Shown here piece after piece: positions 27,556-39,266 of a stretch of DNA of 64,000 nt (positions are counted from its first letter, which is position 1; every line of letters begins with the position of its first letter). The notes beneath the pieces were generated by a model. That model was not told where the DNA came from. It was given only the letters and a program-made list of their open reading frames with translations, and ran no database searches. The stretch spans positions 226,982,001-227,046,000 of the forward strand of contig NC_091469.1 in the NCBI RefSeq assembly GCF_036971445.1, read 5' to 3'. The DNA comes from Narcine bancroftii. Lineage: Eukaryota. Position numbers and translations under genes: made by a program.

Positions 27556-28112
27556 CAGGGGTGGGCAACCTTTTTTTTAAAAACTCTCATTCCACCTTAA
27601 ATATTCCCTATCCCAGGAGCTTATATAGCGAAGAGCACTGGTCTTGTAAACCAGGGGTCATGAGTACGTTTCTCGCTGGAGCCTCAATTCTGCAAGGGGT
27701 GTTGGACAAAGTGGCGACTCTCAGCCTTACGGGAGACAAAGTTAAAGAATTTCATATATATTACATTCTAAATGTAGTATTATATAACCATATTGGAGCC
27801 TTTACCTTTACAAGTGCTCTGTGACTAGTAAGGGATTGCTAAAGGTGGTATGTGGGCGGTAAGAAAAAGTTTGAAAACCACTGTTTTAATTGACGTGATG
27901 TGGACAGTTTCATAACTCCAAAGGAAATGGGCCAGTGGCAATTTTCTCAAGCAAATTATTTCAGTTACAATTGGGTCTAGAGCAGTGATTCTCAGCCTTC
28001 TCTTCCCACCCAGATACCACTCTAAGCAATCCCTCACTAATAACAGAGCATTTATGGGATGGGGAATACTTAAGGTGGAATGGGAGTTTTTAAAAAAGGT
28101 TGCCCACCACTG
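27556..28112. mobile_element. Composite hAT-type MITE, copy 1, with nested SINE
   Basis: TIRs CAGGGGTGGGCAACC / GGTTGCCCACCACTG, degenerate 8-bp TSD gtctagtg/gcttagtg, internal homology to 36683-37050. Confidence 0.8.
27617..27811 (+). mobile_element. tRNA-Thr(UGU)-derived SINE inside the MITE
   Basis: agagcactggtcttgtaaaccaggggtc...ctcgctggagcct matches the vertebrate tRNA-Thr(TGT) anticodon and T arms (TGT at 27645-27647); tail cctttacctttac; absent from the other MITE copies. Confidence 0.75.
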
Positions 28113-28715
28113 CTTAGTGGCATGGAGCCAAGAGCCAAGCCCCTCTCTCAACATCAATAAGATGAAGCAGATGATCATCGACCAGGAGAGGGGGAAGAGT
28201 CTACATGCTTGTCCACATTAATGGCGCTGAAGTCGAAAGGGTAGATAACTTCAAGTTATTATGAATAAGTAACTTCAATAATATGACCTGAGACAAGTAC
28301 AAAGTGCCCAAACATCTCAATTTTCAAAAAGACTAAGGAAGTTTGGCATGTCCCTCCTGTCCCTCAAAAATCTCTGCAGGTGCTCCATCAGAAACATACT
28401 TCCTCGATGCATCACAGAGTGATATGGGAGCTGCTCTTCTCAAGATCAGAAGAAAGTGAGAAGGGAACGGATGCAGCTCAGAACATAACAAAAACTTCCC
28501 TCCCATCAATGGATTCCCTCTAATCTTCCAATGACACCAGACAACGTCTCTTCTTCCTCCTCCCATTGCAGAAGATTTGAGTGTGAATGCATGTGCCAAC
28601 AGACTTATAGACAGTTTCTCCCCAGCAGTCATCAGGTTCTTGAATGAACCCCATAGCAGCATTCACATGTAGCCCTTGGTGTTAATTGATCTTTCTTTTC
28701 ATTGTAATCCTATAT

Positions 28716-31700
28716 TGTAGCAGACATGCTATGACAAGTGTGGAAGGAAGACACACACACAAGGAGCTGAAATAGAAGACTGCTTTATTGCACTGGTAGC
28801 TCTGCTTATATGGGCCCCAGCACTGATGTCAGGGGCCTGTGTCAACCTTGGGTTGGTCAGTGTTCCCACCAGAGTTCCTCACCTTCCCATCATGCGGAGG
28901 TCACCTGGGACGATGGCCGGTGTAACCTCCAGGTCTGCGCAGTCACCGCATTCGTCGGCCATTTAGCAGGCAGGTTCGCATCTCCGTGCATGGGGCACTA
29001 CACAATCAATCCCCCCTGGAACCAGTGACTAAGTCATTGTCCATAGCCTTATGTGGCCTGCCCCTGCGTCACAGTGGCAGAATGGAGACCAGCTCATTAC
29101 AGTCCAGATATGGCGGTTTCAGGCGGTCAACAGTAAAAATCTCCTCCTCACTGCTGATGTCGAGGATGAAGGTAGAACCATTGTCTCTAATGACCTTGTA
29201 GGGCCCCTCATAGGGTCGTTGTAATGGTGGTCTGTGTGCGCCCCTCCTCACAAGCATGTACTGGCAAGTCCTTAGGACATTTGGGACGTTATGTTTGGGC
29301 TGGCTGTGCTGTGGAGGTTGCCGTGGGACCAAGGACCCCAGCTTTCACTGTAGGCTCTTAAGGATTGCTGTGGGGTTTTCTGGATGTTTATCGGGGGCCA
29401 GGAATTTCCCGGGGATGATTAAAGGTGCACCATAGACCATCTCCACCCAAGACATTGAAGTTTTCCTTTGGTGCTGAGTGAATTCCCAGCCGGACCCAAA
29501 GCAGTTTGTCCATCCATGTGGGACCTTTGAGACGAGCCATCAAGGCTGCCTTGAGGTGCCTGTGGAAGCACTCTACCAACCTGTTGACCTGAGGATGATA
29601 TGCCATGGTGTGATGGAGCTGCATCCCCAGAAAGTTAGCTAGCGCTGCCCAGAGCCCAGAGGTGAATTGTGTCCCCCTGTTCAAGGTGCAGTGCTCTGGG
29701 GCCCCAAATCAATACACCCATGTGTCAACTAGTGCCCCGGCACAGGTTTCTGTGGTGGTATCAACTAGAGGGACCGCCTCTGGCCATCTTGTGGAGCAGT
29801 CTACCATGGTCAGGAGGTACCTCCCCCCATGGCAAACTGGTAACGGCTCCACTAAGTCAATGTGCATGTGGCTGAACCTGCATCGCATCAGCTCAAAAGT
29901 CTGTGTGGGTGCTCTTGTGAGAACCTGCACTTTGGAGGACTGACAGTTTGTGCAGGTCTTGGTCCACTGGCTGACCTGTTTACAGAGGCTATGCCAGACA
30001 AATCAGTTGGCCACCATTTTGACTGTGGCATGGATGGCAGGGTGTGCCAGGTGTGGACAGCCTCAAAAACCTGGTGTCTCCATGCAGTTGGGATGATGGG
30101 GTGGGTGCTGCCGTAGAAATATCACATAGCAGTGTCAGTTTACCTGGGCTGACTGAGGTATACTCTACCTTGAGTCTGGAGGCGCTGCCTGTAAATGGGA
30201 ATTTCAGGGTCTTGTTGCTGTGCTTTGGTGAAGACCATGTATTCGACCCCTTGGAGCAGGGCAAGTATTGGTTCAATCACGGGACGGGGCAGAGCGTCGG
30301 CTACCACATTGATTTTCCCCATGATATGTTGAATGACTGGTAAACCCAGACATGTAGGACAAGAGCCTCTGTTGTTGGGCCAGCAATAGGTCCAATACCT
30401 AATGGAGGGTGAAAGTCAGTGCTTGTGGTCAGTGAACACCCTGAATTGCTAGCCTTCCAAAAAGTAACAGAAATGTCTTACTGCCAGGTACAGCACTAAC
30501 AGCTCCCAGTTGAAGGCATTGTTTTTGAGTTTTGGGGTGGGGGCACGGAGATGCCTGCTGAAAAAGGCCAGGGGTTGCCATTGGCCCCCTACCACTGTAT
30601 TGGAGCCATCAACAGTTAGAGCGGTAGGCACCTCCAGTCTGAGGTGAACCAGCAGGGTGACATTGGCCAACACGTCTTTGGCATTCTAGAATGCCCTGGA
30701 GGACTCTTCATCCCAAGCAATGTCTTTTATCTTGCTGGTCATCAATGCAGGATGCCGCTGCCAGTACGAACCTGTGGTAAAAGTTTATCGTACCAGCGAA
30801 TTCCTACAGCCCTTTCACCGTGTGTGGCTTAGCCAAGTGCCAGACTGCCTCAACCTTCTCAGGGAGGGGTGTGGCCCTGTGTCTTTATCCTGTGCTCCAG
30901 GAAGTCAATAGTGTCCAGAGTGAACTGCCACTTAGTGTGGTTAATGGTCAGCCCGAACTCACTCAGACGAGTGCACAGCTGTCTCAGGTGGGTAGCGTGG
31001 TCTATGCAGCTGCGGCTGGCGATGAGGATATCGTCCCAATAGATGAATGCAAATGGGAGGTCCTGGCCCACTGCATCCATCAGCCGCTGTAAAGTTTGTG
31101 CTGCATTCTTTAAACTGAAGGGCATGCAAAGCCAAAGGGTGTTATGATGGCAGTCTTTCGACATCCTGGAGGTGAACTGGGATTTGGGGGTACCCCCGGA
31201 TGGGGGTTCCCGTAGGAAATGTATGACCCTTGTTTCTGTGTCCTGATTGAGGGTGCTCACAATGTTGAAGTAGCAGGTGTCGTTGGCGGTGATGTGATGA
31301 AGCTGGAACTGGGCCTCAGCCTGCTTGAAACACATGTGGCTGTGACTCCCAAAACATTGGGAGCCTGAGAGAGTCGGGGTGGATGGTTGATGGCTCTACT
31401 TGATCCCTCAGCTTCAGGTTCAACCTCCGGTTGGACCTGTCGGAGTCGCCAATGAAGCATATGCGCTGTGAGGAGTGTGGAAGGAAGACACACACACGAG
31501 GGGACAAAATCGAAGACTGCTTTATTTCACTGTCATCCCTGCTTATATTGGCCTCTGGCGCTGATATCAGGGCCCTGCATCCTCGGAGCACTGATCTCAG
31601 GTTGGCCAGCGCTCCTGCCGGTGGTTGTCACCTGGGACAATGGCCAGCATCACCCCCAGTCTACGTGGTTACTGCATTTGTCGGCCATTTGGTGGGCTGG

Positions 31701-31728
31701 TTCGCGTCTCTGTACGTGGGCTGTTACA
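28716..31728 (-). mobile_element. Gypsy LTR retrotransposon, internally deleted
   Basis: LTRs 28716-29002 and 31453-31728, perfect TSD ATAT, PBS tggcgactccgaca; gag FWESQPHV/FKQAEAQF fused to RT (MPFSLKNAAQT, IYWDDILI); RNase H VDGS, integrase HIDLV, RGTQFTS, YHPQ, YEGPYKV. Confidence 0.92.
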
Positions 31729-33040
31729 ATATTTTATAAAGTATACTTTTCCCATGGCTGTATTGAAATTAGAGATAACCTGTTAGTCTGCTCGTACAAG
31801 AACCCTTCTGAAATACGAGGTATTTTGTGGCAAATAAAAGTTTAAATGTACCTATCGAGGAGATTGTTGAAGGGTGTTGCTTCTCAAATAGGTAATGAAG
31901 CTGTTGATGCTATGCAGGAACATCTTCCTGATTTCTCCTGCCCCCCCCCCCCTCCCCACCCCTCGCTCCTCCTGCTGTTCAGGCTCTCTGCCTTACGGTC
32001 TACCGGCTGCAGGTCACCATGCTGTTCCTTTACTCATACTGGTTCCTGCCTTTGGTTCGCAAGGCTGAGCAGCGCACAGCACCGATGGCTCCACATCTGC
32101 TTGGTGTGTGTTGTCTTGCATTCAAATGAAGATGGTTTGAGTAGGAAGCATCTGGCTGAAACTCTCATGTCTGTCATCCCTAGGTGCTGAACTACAGAAA
32201 CCTAGAGCACAGAGATTACCCCTGATTATCTTCCTCTGAGCTGGAGAATTATTTTTTTAAATATGGAAGTGTGGAACACAAAGTTTCTGTAAATTGGAAA
32301 TGCTGTCAGCTGAGATTGCTGTTGGCTGAGATTGCAAATGTTACACTGGTTGATTAAATTCCTATGGATTAGTTCACATCTTTGTTAATTTAACTCTTAG
32401 ATCCTAATTTGAATTTGCTGATGTGTAGAGATCAGTACTCCAGATTTAAAACATGCCAGCCATAGAAGTCATCAGACATCAGAACGACGGACTTGAGAGT
32501 TTCAACCTCTTAAACAAATCATATTTTTCCACACAAATAGCCAAATTCCTGTTTAAGTTTGAACTGTGGATGTCTCTCTTGTTGCAGGGATTGTGAAAAA
32601 GTGAGCATCTGGTTCACAATGTTCACAGTTGTGCTCTCCACTGCACTGGATAGATGCTTCAGCAGACATTTCATTACAGCACAGCTTCATTGAATTTCCA
32701 GACCTAACAAGTCAACAGTCAAACCAACCAAGATCACTAGCTCTTGGTCACAGCAAAGTTGGAGAATGTTCCCACCTGTGTACTTGCTTAAAAGAGTAAA
32801 TAGGGCAAAGCCAGAAGCACAAAACATTGCAATATTTCATCATTAAATCTCACAGACACTGAGACCAATTGTAGAAAAACAAATCCCACCTTGATTAACT
32901 CAGTCAGGATTGGGAAATCTGATGCGTTCTGGTTGATTTGGAAGTATACTTTGTGTGTCATGCATGGCTCAGTTGGCAGCTCCATCTCAGGGACAGAAGG
33001 TTCGACTGGAGCAGAAAATTGGTCTTGGCACAACACTGTG

Positions 33041-33205
33041 AAAATAAAAACACAATGCTGGAGAAACTCAGTAGGTCAAGCAGCGTACTTTGTCTAGCAA
33101 AGATGAAGATACATAGCCAATGTTTCGGGCCTGAGCATCTTTATCTTTGCCAGGTAAAGTATGCTGTTTGACCTGCTGAGTTTCTCCAGCATTGTGTTTT
33201 TATTT
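33041..33205. repeat. Inverted-repeat hairpin of Penelope termini
   Basis: aaataaaaacacaatgctggagaaactcagtaggtcaa...ttgacctgctgagtttctccagcattgtgtttttattt. Confidence 0.8.
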
Positions 33206-33709
33206 CAATCATGGTGTCTGTAGACTTTCGTGCTTTACTCCATTGTAGAACTTCAGTACTTCATTACCTTGGGCACCTTCTTTCATTAGAGACATTAAAA
33301 TAAGGTTCTATCACCACAGTTAAATGTATGGCTGAGGGACTGGTGCAGGAAGAAAGACATGGATGCCAGGGTACTCAGGGAAAGTGAACCTGGTGCAGGA
33401 TGAATAATGCCGCACCGTGCATGCTTGGAGATTTTACATCTTGGCATGATGTTGCAAACATTGGTCATGATAGAGGTCATCTATATGGAGCATCAATCAT
33501 TGCATTAGATGGATTCCACCTTGAAACAGACATGTTACATCTGAGCCTTTTTCATTCTTTGGACCACTAACTTGTAACATTGTGGTCTCCTGCTCATTGT
33601 CAGTAGGGGACCATATACCAGAACAAGGATGTGGAGTAAGGAGACATGGAATTTGGAAATCTGCTCAAACAAATTCCATTTCTCACTCATTGCATGAAAG
33701 CTGGTTAGG

Positions 33710-33940
33710 GTAGAGGTTAGTGCAACACGTCACAGCGCCAGCGACACAGGTTTGAATCCAGTGCTGTCTATAAGGAGTTTGTTCATTCTCCCTGTGTCTG
33801 CGTGGGTTTCCTCTGGGTGATCCAGTATCCTCTCCATTTGAAAATGTACCAGGGGTTGTAGGTCATTAGGTGTAATTAGGTGGCAGGGGCTGCCTGCAGT
33901 GGGCTGAAATGACCTGTTGCTGTGCTGTATGTCTAATTGT
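33710..33940 (+). mobile_element. V-SINE
   Basis: ggtttgaatcc head, V-domain ggagtttgttcattctccctgtgtctgcgtgggtttcc, tail gggctgaaatgacctgttgctgtgctgtatgtc. Confidence 0.8.
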
Positions 33941-33959
33941 CAAGCATTAGGTCAGTATC

Positions 33960-35490
33960 AAATCTTCACTAGGACTCTCCTAAATAGAATAATACCTAGT
34001 GTCGCCGAGAATATTCTCCCAGAATCACAGTGCGGCTTTCGCGCAAACAGAGGAACTACTGACATGGTCTTTGCCCTCAGACAGCTCCAAGAAAAGTGCA
34101 GAGAACAAAACAAAGGACTCTACATCACCTTTGTTGACCTCACCAAAGCCTTCGACACCGTGAGCAGGAAAGGGCTTTGGCAAATACTAGAGCGCCTCGA
34201 ATGCCCCCCAAAGTTCCTCAACATGGTTATCCAACTGCACGAAAACCAACAAGGTCGGGTCAGATACAGCAATGAGCTCTCTGAACCCTTCTCCATTAAC
34301 AATGGCGTGAAGCAAGGCTGCGTTCTCGCACCAACCCTCTTTTCAATCTTCTTCAGCATGATGCTGAACCAAGCCATGAAAGACCTCAAAAATGAAGATG
34401 CTGTTTACATCCGGTACCGCACGGATGGCAGTCTCTTCAATCTGAGGCGCCTGCAAGCTCACACCAAGACACAAGAGAAACTTGTCCGTGAACTACTCTT
34501 TGCAGACGATGCCGCTTTAGTTGCCCATTCAGAGCCAGCTCTTCAGCGCTTGACGTCCTGTTTTGCGGAAACTGCCAAAATGTTTGGCCTGGAAGTCAGC
34601 CTGAAGAAAACTGAGGTCCTCCATCAGCCAGCTCCCCACCATGACTACCAGCCCCCCCACATCTCCATCGGGCACACAAAACTCAAAACGGTCAACCAGT
34701 TTACCTATCTCGCCTGCACCATTTCATCAGATGCAAGGATCGACAACGAGATAGACAACAGACTCGCCAAGGCAAATAGCGCCTTTGGAAGACTACACAA
34801 AAGAGTCTGGAAAAACAACCAACTGAAAAACCTCACAAAGATAAGCGTATACAGAGCCGTTGTCATACCCACACTTCTATTCGGCTCCGAATCATGGGTC
34901 CTCTACCGGCATCACCTACGGCTCCTAGAACGCTTCCACCAGCGTTGTCTCTGCTCCATCCTCAACATTCATTGGAGCGATTTCATCCCTAACGTAAAAG
35001 TACTCGAGATGGCAGAGGTCGACAGCATCGAGTCCACGCTGCTGAAGATCCAGCTGCGCTGGGTGGATCACGTCTCCAGAATGGAGGACCATCGCCTTCC
35101 CAAGATCATGTTATATGGCGAGCTCTCCACTGGCCACCGTGACAGAGGTGCACCAAAGAAAAGGTACAAGGATTGCCTAAAGAAATGTCTTGGTGCTTGC
35201 CACATTGACCACCGCCAGTGGGCTGATATCGCCTCAAACTGTGCATCTTGGCGCCTCACAGTTCGGCGGGCAGCAACCTCCTTTGAAGAAGACCGCAGAG
35301 CCCACCTCACTGACAAAAGGCAAAGGAGGAAAAACCCAACACCCAACCCCAACCCACCAATTTTCCCCTGCAACCGCTGCAATCGTGTCTGCCTGTCCCG
35401 CATCGGACTTGTCAGCCACAAATGAGCCTGCAGCTGACGTGGACATTTACCCCCTCCATAAATCTTCGTCCGCGAAGCCGAGCCAAAGAA
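33960..35490 (+). mobile_element. RTE-clade LINE, 5'-truncated, young
   Basis: Perfect 11-bp TSD AGGTCAGTATC (33949-33959, 35491-35501); short 3' UTR aatcttcgtccgcgaagccgagccaaagaa; CpG-rich. Confidence 0.95.
33962..35425 (+). pseudogene. RTE reverse transcriptase ORF, 5'-truncated but uninterrupted (~490 aa)
   Basis: LPESQCGFR, FVDLTKAFD, GVKQGCVLAP, LFADD, C-terminal CNRCNRVCLSRIGLVSH zinc-finger-like motif. The ORF-track start at 33917 lies in the upstream SINE and is spurious. Confidence 0.9.
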
Positions 35491-36259
35491 AGGTCAGTAT
35501 CTAACGTGTAACCTCAAGTCTTGTTGACCAAACCTCCCCTGCGAGTGATATGTCACTCATGGCCTCCAGAAACTGTTGCCAAGGTCATCCAAGAATTTGC
35601 ATTTACAGAGATTCATCAAGTAGAAAGACTTGGAAAAAGAGTAAAGGCTTGTGGTTGCATGAGGAAGTGCATATATTAGTTAGTCCTGGAACTTGAAATA
35701 TTATTTGATTTCACTATTATTTATTCTTAACCAATTTAGATTCTTGCCTTGGTTTCACTTGCAAACACCAGGAAGCATTAGCAACTCATGGACTTGCAAT
35801 CAAAGTTAAAAATCCCCATTAATAATGTTTGAAACAAGAAAATATCCCATGGAAATTGACATCCTTACTCTTCTAAGAGCTTTTGCATTATGACCTAATA
35901 TACTTGAGTTTATGTTGGCTTCCACCTTCCCCCTATCCCCTCGTCCCCAATCTGCTATCAGTCTCATTGTATTTAATTCCATGTTAATTCTCAAATTCAT
36001 GTATTTCTATTATTACAATTCGAGGGCCTTTCTTTATAGTTTGTTACCACATTCCAGTCAGCATCAACAAATGACAAAAATGGACAATAAGCACCAGCCT
36101 TTGCTTCACAACTCTAAACGTTATTCAGGAACTGAGATCTCTACCTTGGTCAGATCTAGAATACTCTACACAACAAGTAAGAAGCTACAATGGCATGGTG
36201 GCATACTGAAAATAGCTGATTTCAAACCTATCCCTGTAATTTCTACATGCCAATAGTCA

Positions 36260-36590
36260 ATGTCGAGAACATGAGGCATAGATAGCCACCACTTTTTTTT
36301 CTTGGTGGAACAATAGCAAGTACCAGCGGGCATCTTTTTAAGGTGAGTGCAGAAAAATTTAGGGGAGATGTTAGGGGTAACCATTTTGACACAGAATGGT
36401 GGTTTCCTGGAATGAATTGCCATGGGTGGTGCTAGAGGTTGGTATAATAGGGACATTAGAAAGAATCTCAGATAGGCACGTGTAATAAAATTAGAGTTAT
36501 GGTTGTGAGGTAGGGAAGGATTAGATTGTTGTGGAGTAGGTTTACATAGGTAAGGACAACATTATGTGTTGTAATGATCTATGTTCTAAG
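36260..36590 (+). mobile_element. CR1-like 3' fragment
   Basis: tttaaggtga, tttgacacagaatggtggtttcctggaatgaattgcc: CR1 C-terminal FTQRVV..WN.LP region. Confidence 0.7.
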
Positions 36591-36682
36591 GTGAAAGCTA
36601 TTTTTTATGGTTTTGTGGCAAAACCTATTTATGCAAAACAGTATAATTGTGATATACTTTTTCAGATTTAAATTATGTACTG

Positions 36683-37050
36683 CAGTGATTCTCAACCTTT
36701 ATCTTTCCCCTCACATACCATTTTAAGTATTCCCTGTGCCATAGGTGCTCTGTGATTAGAAAGGGATTGCTTAAGGTGGTAAGTGGGTGGAAAAAAAAAA
36801 TTTGAAAACCATGGTTTTAATTGTACCTAATCGACTCGTTATGTGCACGGTTTCATAATTCCAAAGGCCAATGACAATTTTTCTCAGGCAAAATATTTCA
36901 GTAACAATTGGGTCTAGAGCAGTGATTCTCAACCTTCCCTTCCCACTCACATACCATCTTAAGTAATCCCTTACTAATCACAGAGCACCGATGGCATAGG
37001 GATTACTTAAAGTGGTATGTGAATGGAAAGAAGAAGGTTGAGAACCACTG
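36683..37050. mobile_element. Composite hAT-type MITE, copy 2 (most intact)
   Basis: TIRs CAGTGATTCTCAACC / GGTTGAGAACCACTG; 8-bp TSD atgtactg/atgtaatg. Confidence 0.9.
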
Positions 37051-37892
37051 ATGTAATGGGTCCTTGCCCATACTTGCTTGGAGCTGGACAAAATAAGCTA
37101 AATTAAGCACTTTAATAAAAGTTAAATATCTCCTTTATTTTCTGCTGCATAAATGGAACAGTTTAGGATCCACAATGTTGATCATGCCTGTAAGAATTCA
37201 TAATTTCTGGAAAGTCTCTGAAGGGTTGTCACAACATAGGTAGAGAAAGGGATGAGGTCCTGTAGAGTGAATATATGGAGTTAGACAAAAGACTGAAAGT
37301 TAGGACCCAAAGGGTAGTAATCTTTGAATTACTCCTGGTGCCAAACCCTAGTGAGAGTAAGATAGAAGGATGGGGCAGATGAATGTATGCCTGAAGAGAT
37401 GGTGCAGTTGGGAGGGATTCATACTCCTCGACCCTTGGAATCTCTTCTGGGGCAAACAGGACCTGTACATAGAAAGCAGTTGCATCTGAACTGCAACAGG
37501 CCAAAATTTTGGTGAAGAGATTTGCTACTGACACTCAGGAAGGTTGAAATTAGCCTGGCAGAGGGGCTTTGCAGATGTAAAGATTGAGGCAGTACAGAAC
37601 CAGAGAATAGGCATGACAGTCAGGGAGAGAAGAAAGGGCCATACACTCAACTACATCTCTATGAATGCAAAGTGAAGGGGCAAATTAACTCAGGGCAATG
37701 GTAGGTACAAGGGACTAAGGCCGTTCTAATTATTACAGAAACATGGATGAGGGAGGGAGAGGTAACTCAATGCACTGAAATATACTTGCTGCCAGCTTGA
37801 TTGAAGTAGAGGTGAGCCAGGAGGAGAAGTTCAGTACTTGATTGGGGAATACATCACAGCAATACTTAGGGAGGATGTTCTTGCGGGATTGT

Positions 37893-39266
37893 GAAAACAA
37901 TGCTGGAGCAACTCAGCAGGTCAAACAGTGTCCTTTATATAGCAAAGATAAAAATACATAACTGATGTTTCGGACTTGAGTCCTTCATCAAGGTATGGAA
38001 ATGTTGGCAGGCATCTGAATAAAAATGTAAGAGGGATGGCATGGGGTGAGGAGCCTGGTTTCAAAGGCAGGAGGTAATAGGTGGAGTAGGAAAGGAGGGC
38101 ACAGCAGCAAGCAGGAGGAGGGGGATGGCTAGGGGAATAGGGGGAAAAGGGCTGGAGAGCTGAGAGAAAGAAGACAGAGGGAAGGGAAGAGAGAAAGAAT
38201 GGAGACCAGCTTAGCAGAAACAGAAGAAGTTGATGTTAATGCCATCTGGCTGGAAATGTTGTTCAGGTGTTGTTCCTCCAATTTTCTTGGGAGGATAGTA
38301 CATAAGGCCATGGACAGACATGTGGGTATGTGGCTGTGATGCAGAACTGAAATTGTTGGTCACTGAAAGGTCTCTGTCACTGGTGCAGACGGAGTGAAGG
38401 TGCTCAGGTGAAAGAATCTCCCTGTCTGCACCCAGTCTCTCTAATGTAGAGAAGGCAGAAAGGGAGCACCAGATGTATTAAATCAATTCCTCAGATACAA
38501 CTTGGGGTCCGGACTGTGGTGAGGGAGGAGGGTGGGCTTGAGTGTGGCAACTCCTGCAGCCACAAGGGAAGGTACCCAGGGTGGGGGGGAGGGGTGATTG
38601 GTAGAGAGGAAGCAGTCCCTATGTAAGGCAGAGAGGGGAAGATGTATTTGATAGTGGGATCCTGTTGTAAGTGCTGGAAATTCTGGAGGATAATTTGTTG
38701 GATGCAGAGGCGGTTGGGGTGGTAGGTGAGGACGAGGGGTATTCTGTGTTTTTTTCTGTCTATGCGCAGAAAGACTCATAGCAGATGAGTGGGAAATCGA
38801 GGAGATGCAGGTGAGGACTGAGTTGATAGTAGTGGATGATGTCACGTTTGTGGAAGAAGGCAAACATTTCAGATGATCTGGACCGGAAGGCCATGTCTTG
38901 GAAACAGATGCAGTGGAGACAGAGAAATTGAGAGAAGGGAACAGAATCCTTGCAGGGGTCAGGGTGTGAGGAAGTGTAGTTGAGGTAGTTGTGGAAGTTG
39001 GTGGATTTGGAATATGTGCAAAGCTTGTTTCCCGAGATGTAGTCAGAATGATCCAGAAAGGGGAGAGTGTTGTCGGAGATGGACCAGGTGAGTTTGAGGT
39101 CGGGGTGGAAATTGTCAGTGAAGTGAATGGTTGACGAGACAGCCCTGATGTAGTCATTGACATACTGGAGGAAGTGCTGAGGGGCCTTGCCTGTGTAGGC
39201 TTGCAGCATGGGTTGCTCCACAAAGCCCACAAACAGACAGGCGTAGCTGGGACCCAGATGGACAAC
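37893..39266 (-). mobile_element. Penelope-like element, 5'-truncated (RT 3' half plus GIY-YIG remnant)
   Basis: GPSYACLFVGFVEQ, LQYVNDYI (YIDD), LPFLD, YLNYTSSHP; LLYIRET (YIGET) near 38440; degenerate 13-bp TSD cttgcgggattgt/cttggaggattgt. Confidence 0.88.

Larger units (their letters stand above)
27110..31826 (+). mobile_element. Rex1-like LINE RT-to-3' segment hosting a MITE and a Gypsy
   Basis: LDPLQFTY, YVRLLFRDKSSAFN, QGCVLS, FANNTTVVG (FADD decayed); continues after the MITE and, after the Gypsy, as a tail ending ggcaaataaaagttt at ~31826. Confidence 0.75.

Noticed and set aside
27617-27684. Functional tRNA-Thr gene
   Set aside because: Acceptor stem, D arm and T loop are degenerate, and the sequence continues into a SINE body inside a MITE.
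33917-33961. N-terminus MLCCMSNC of the 502-aa ORF as a real start or host-RT fusion gene
   Set aside because: It is a TTG start inside SINE tail and TSD sequence; the RTE is 5'-truncated at 33960.
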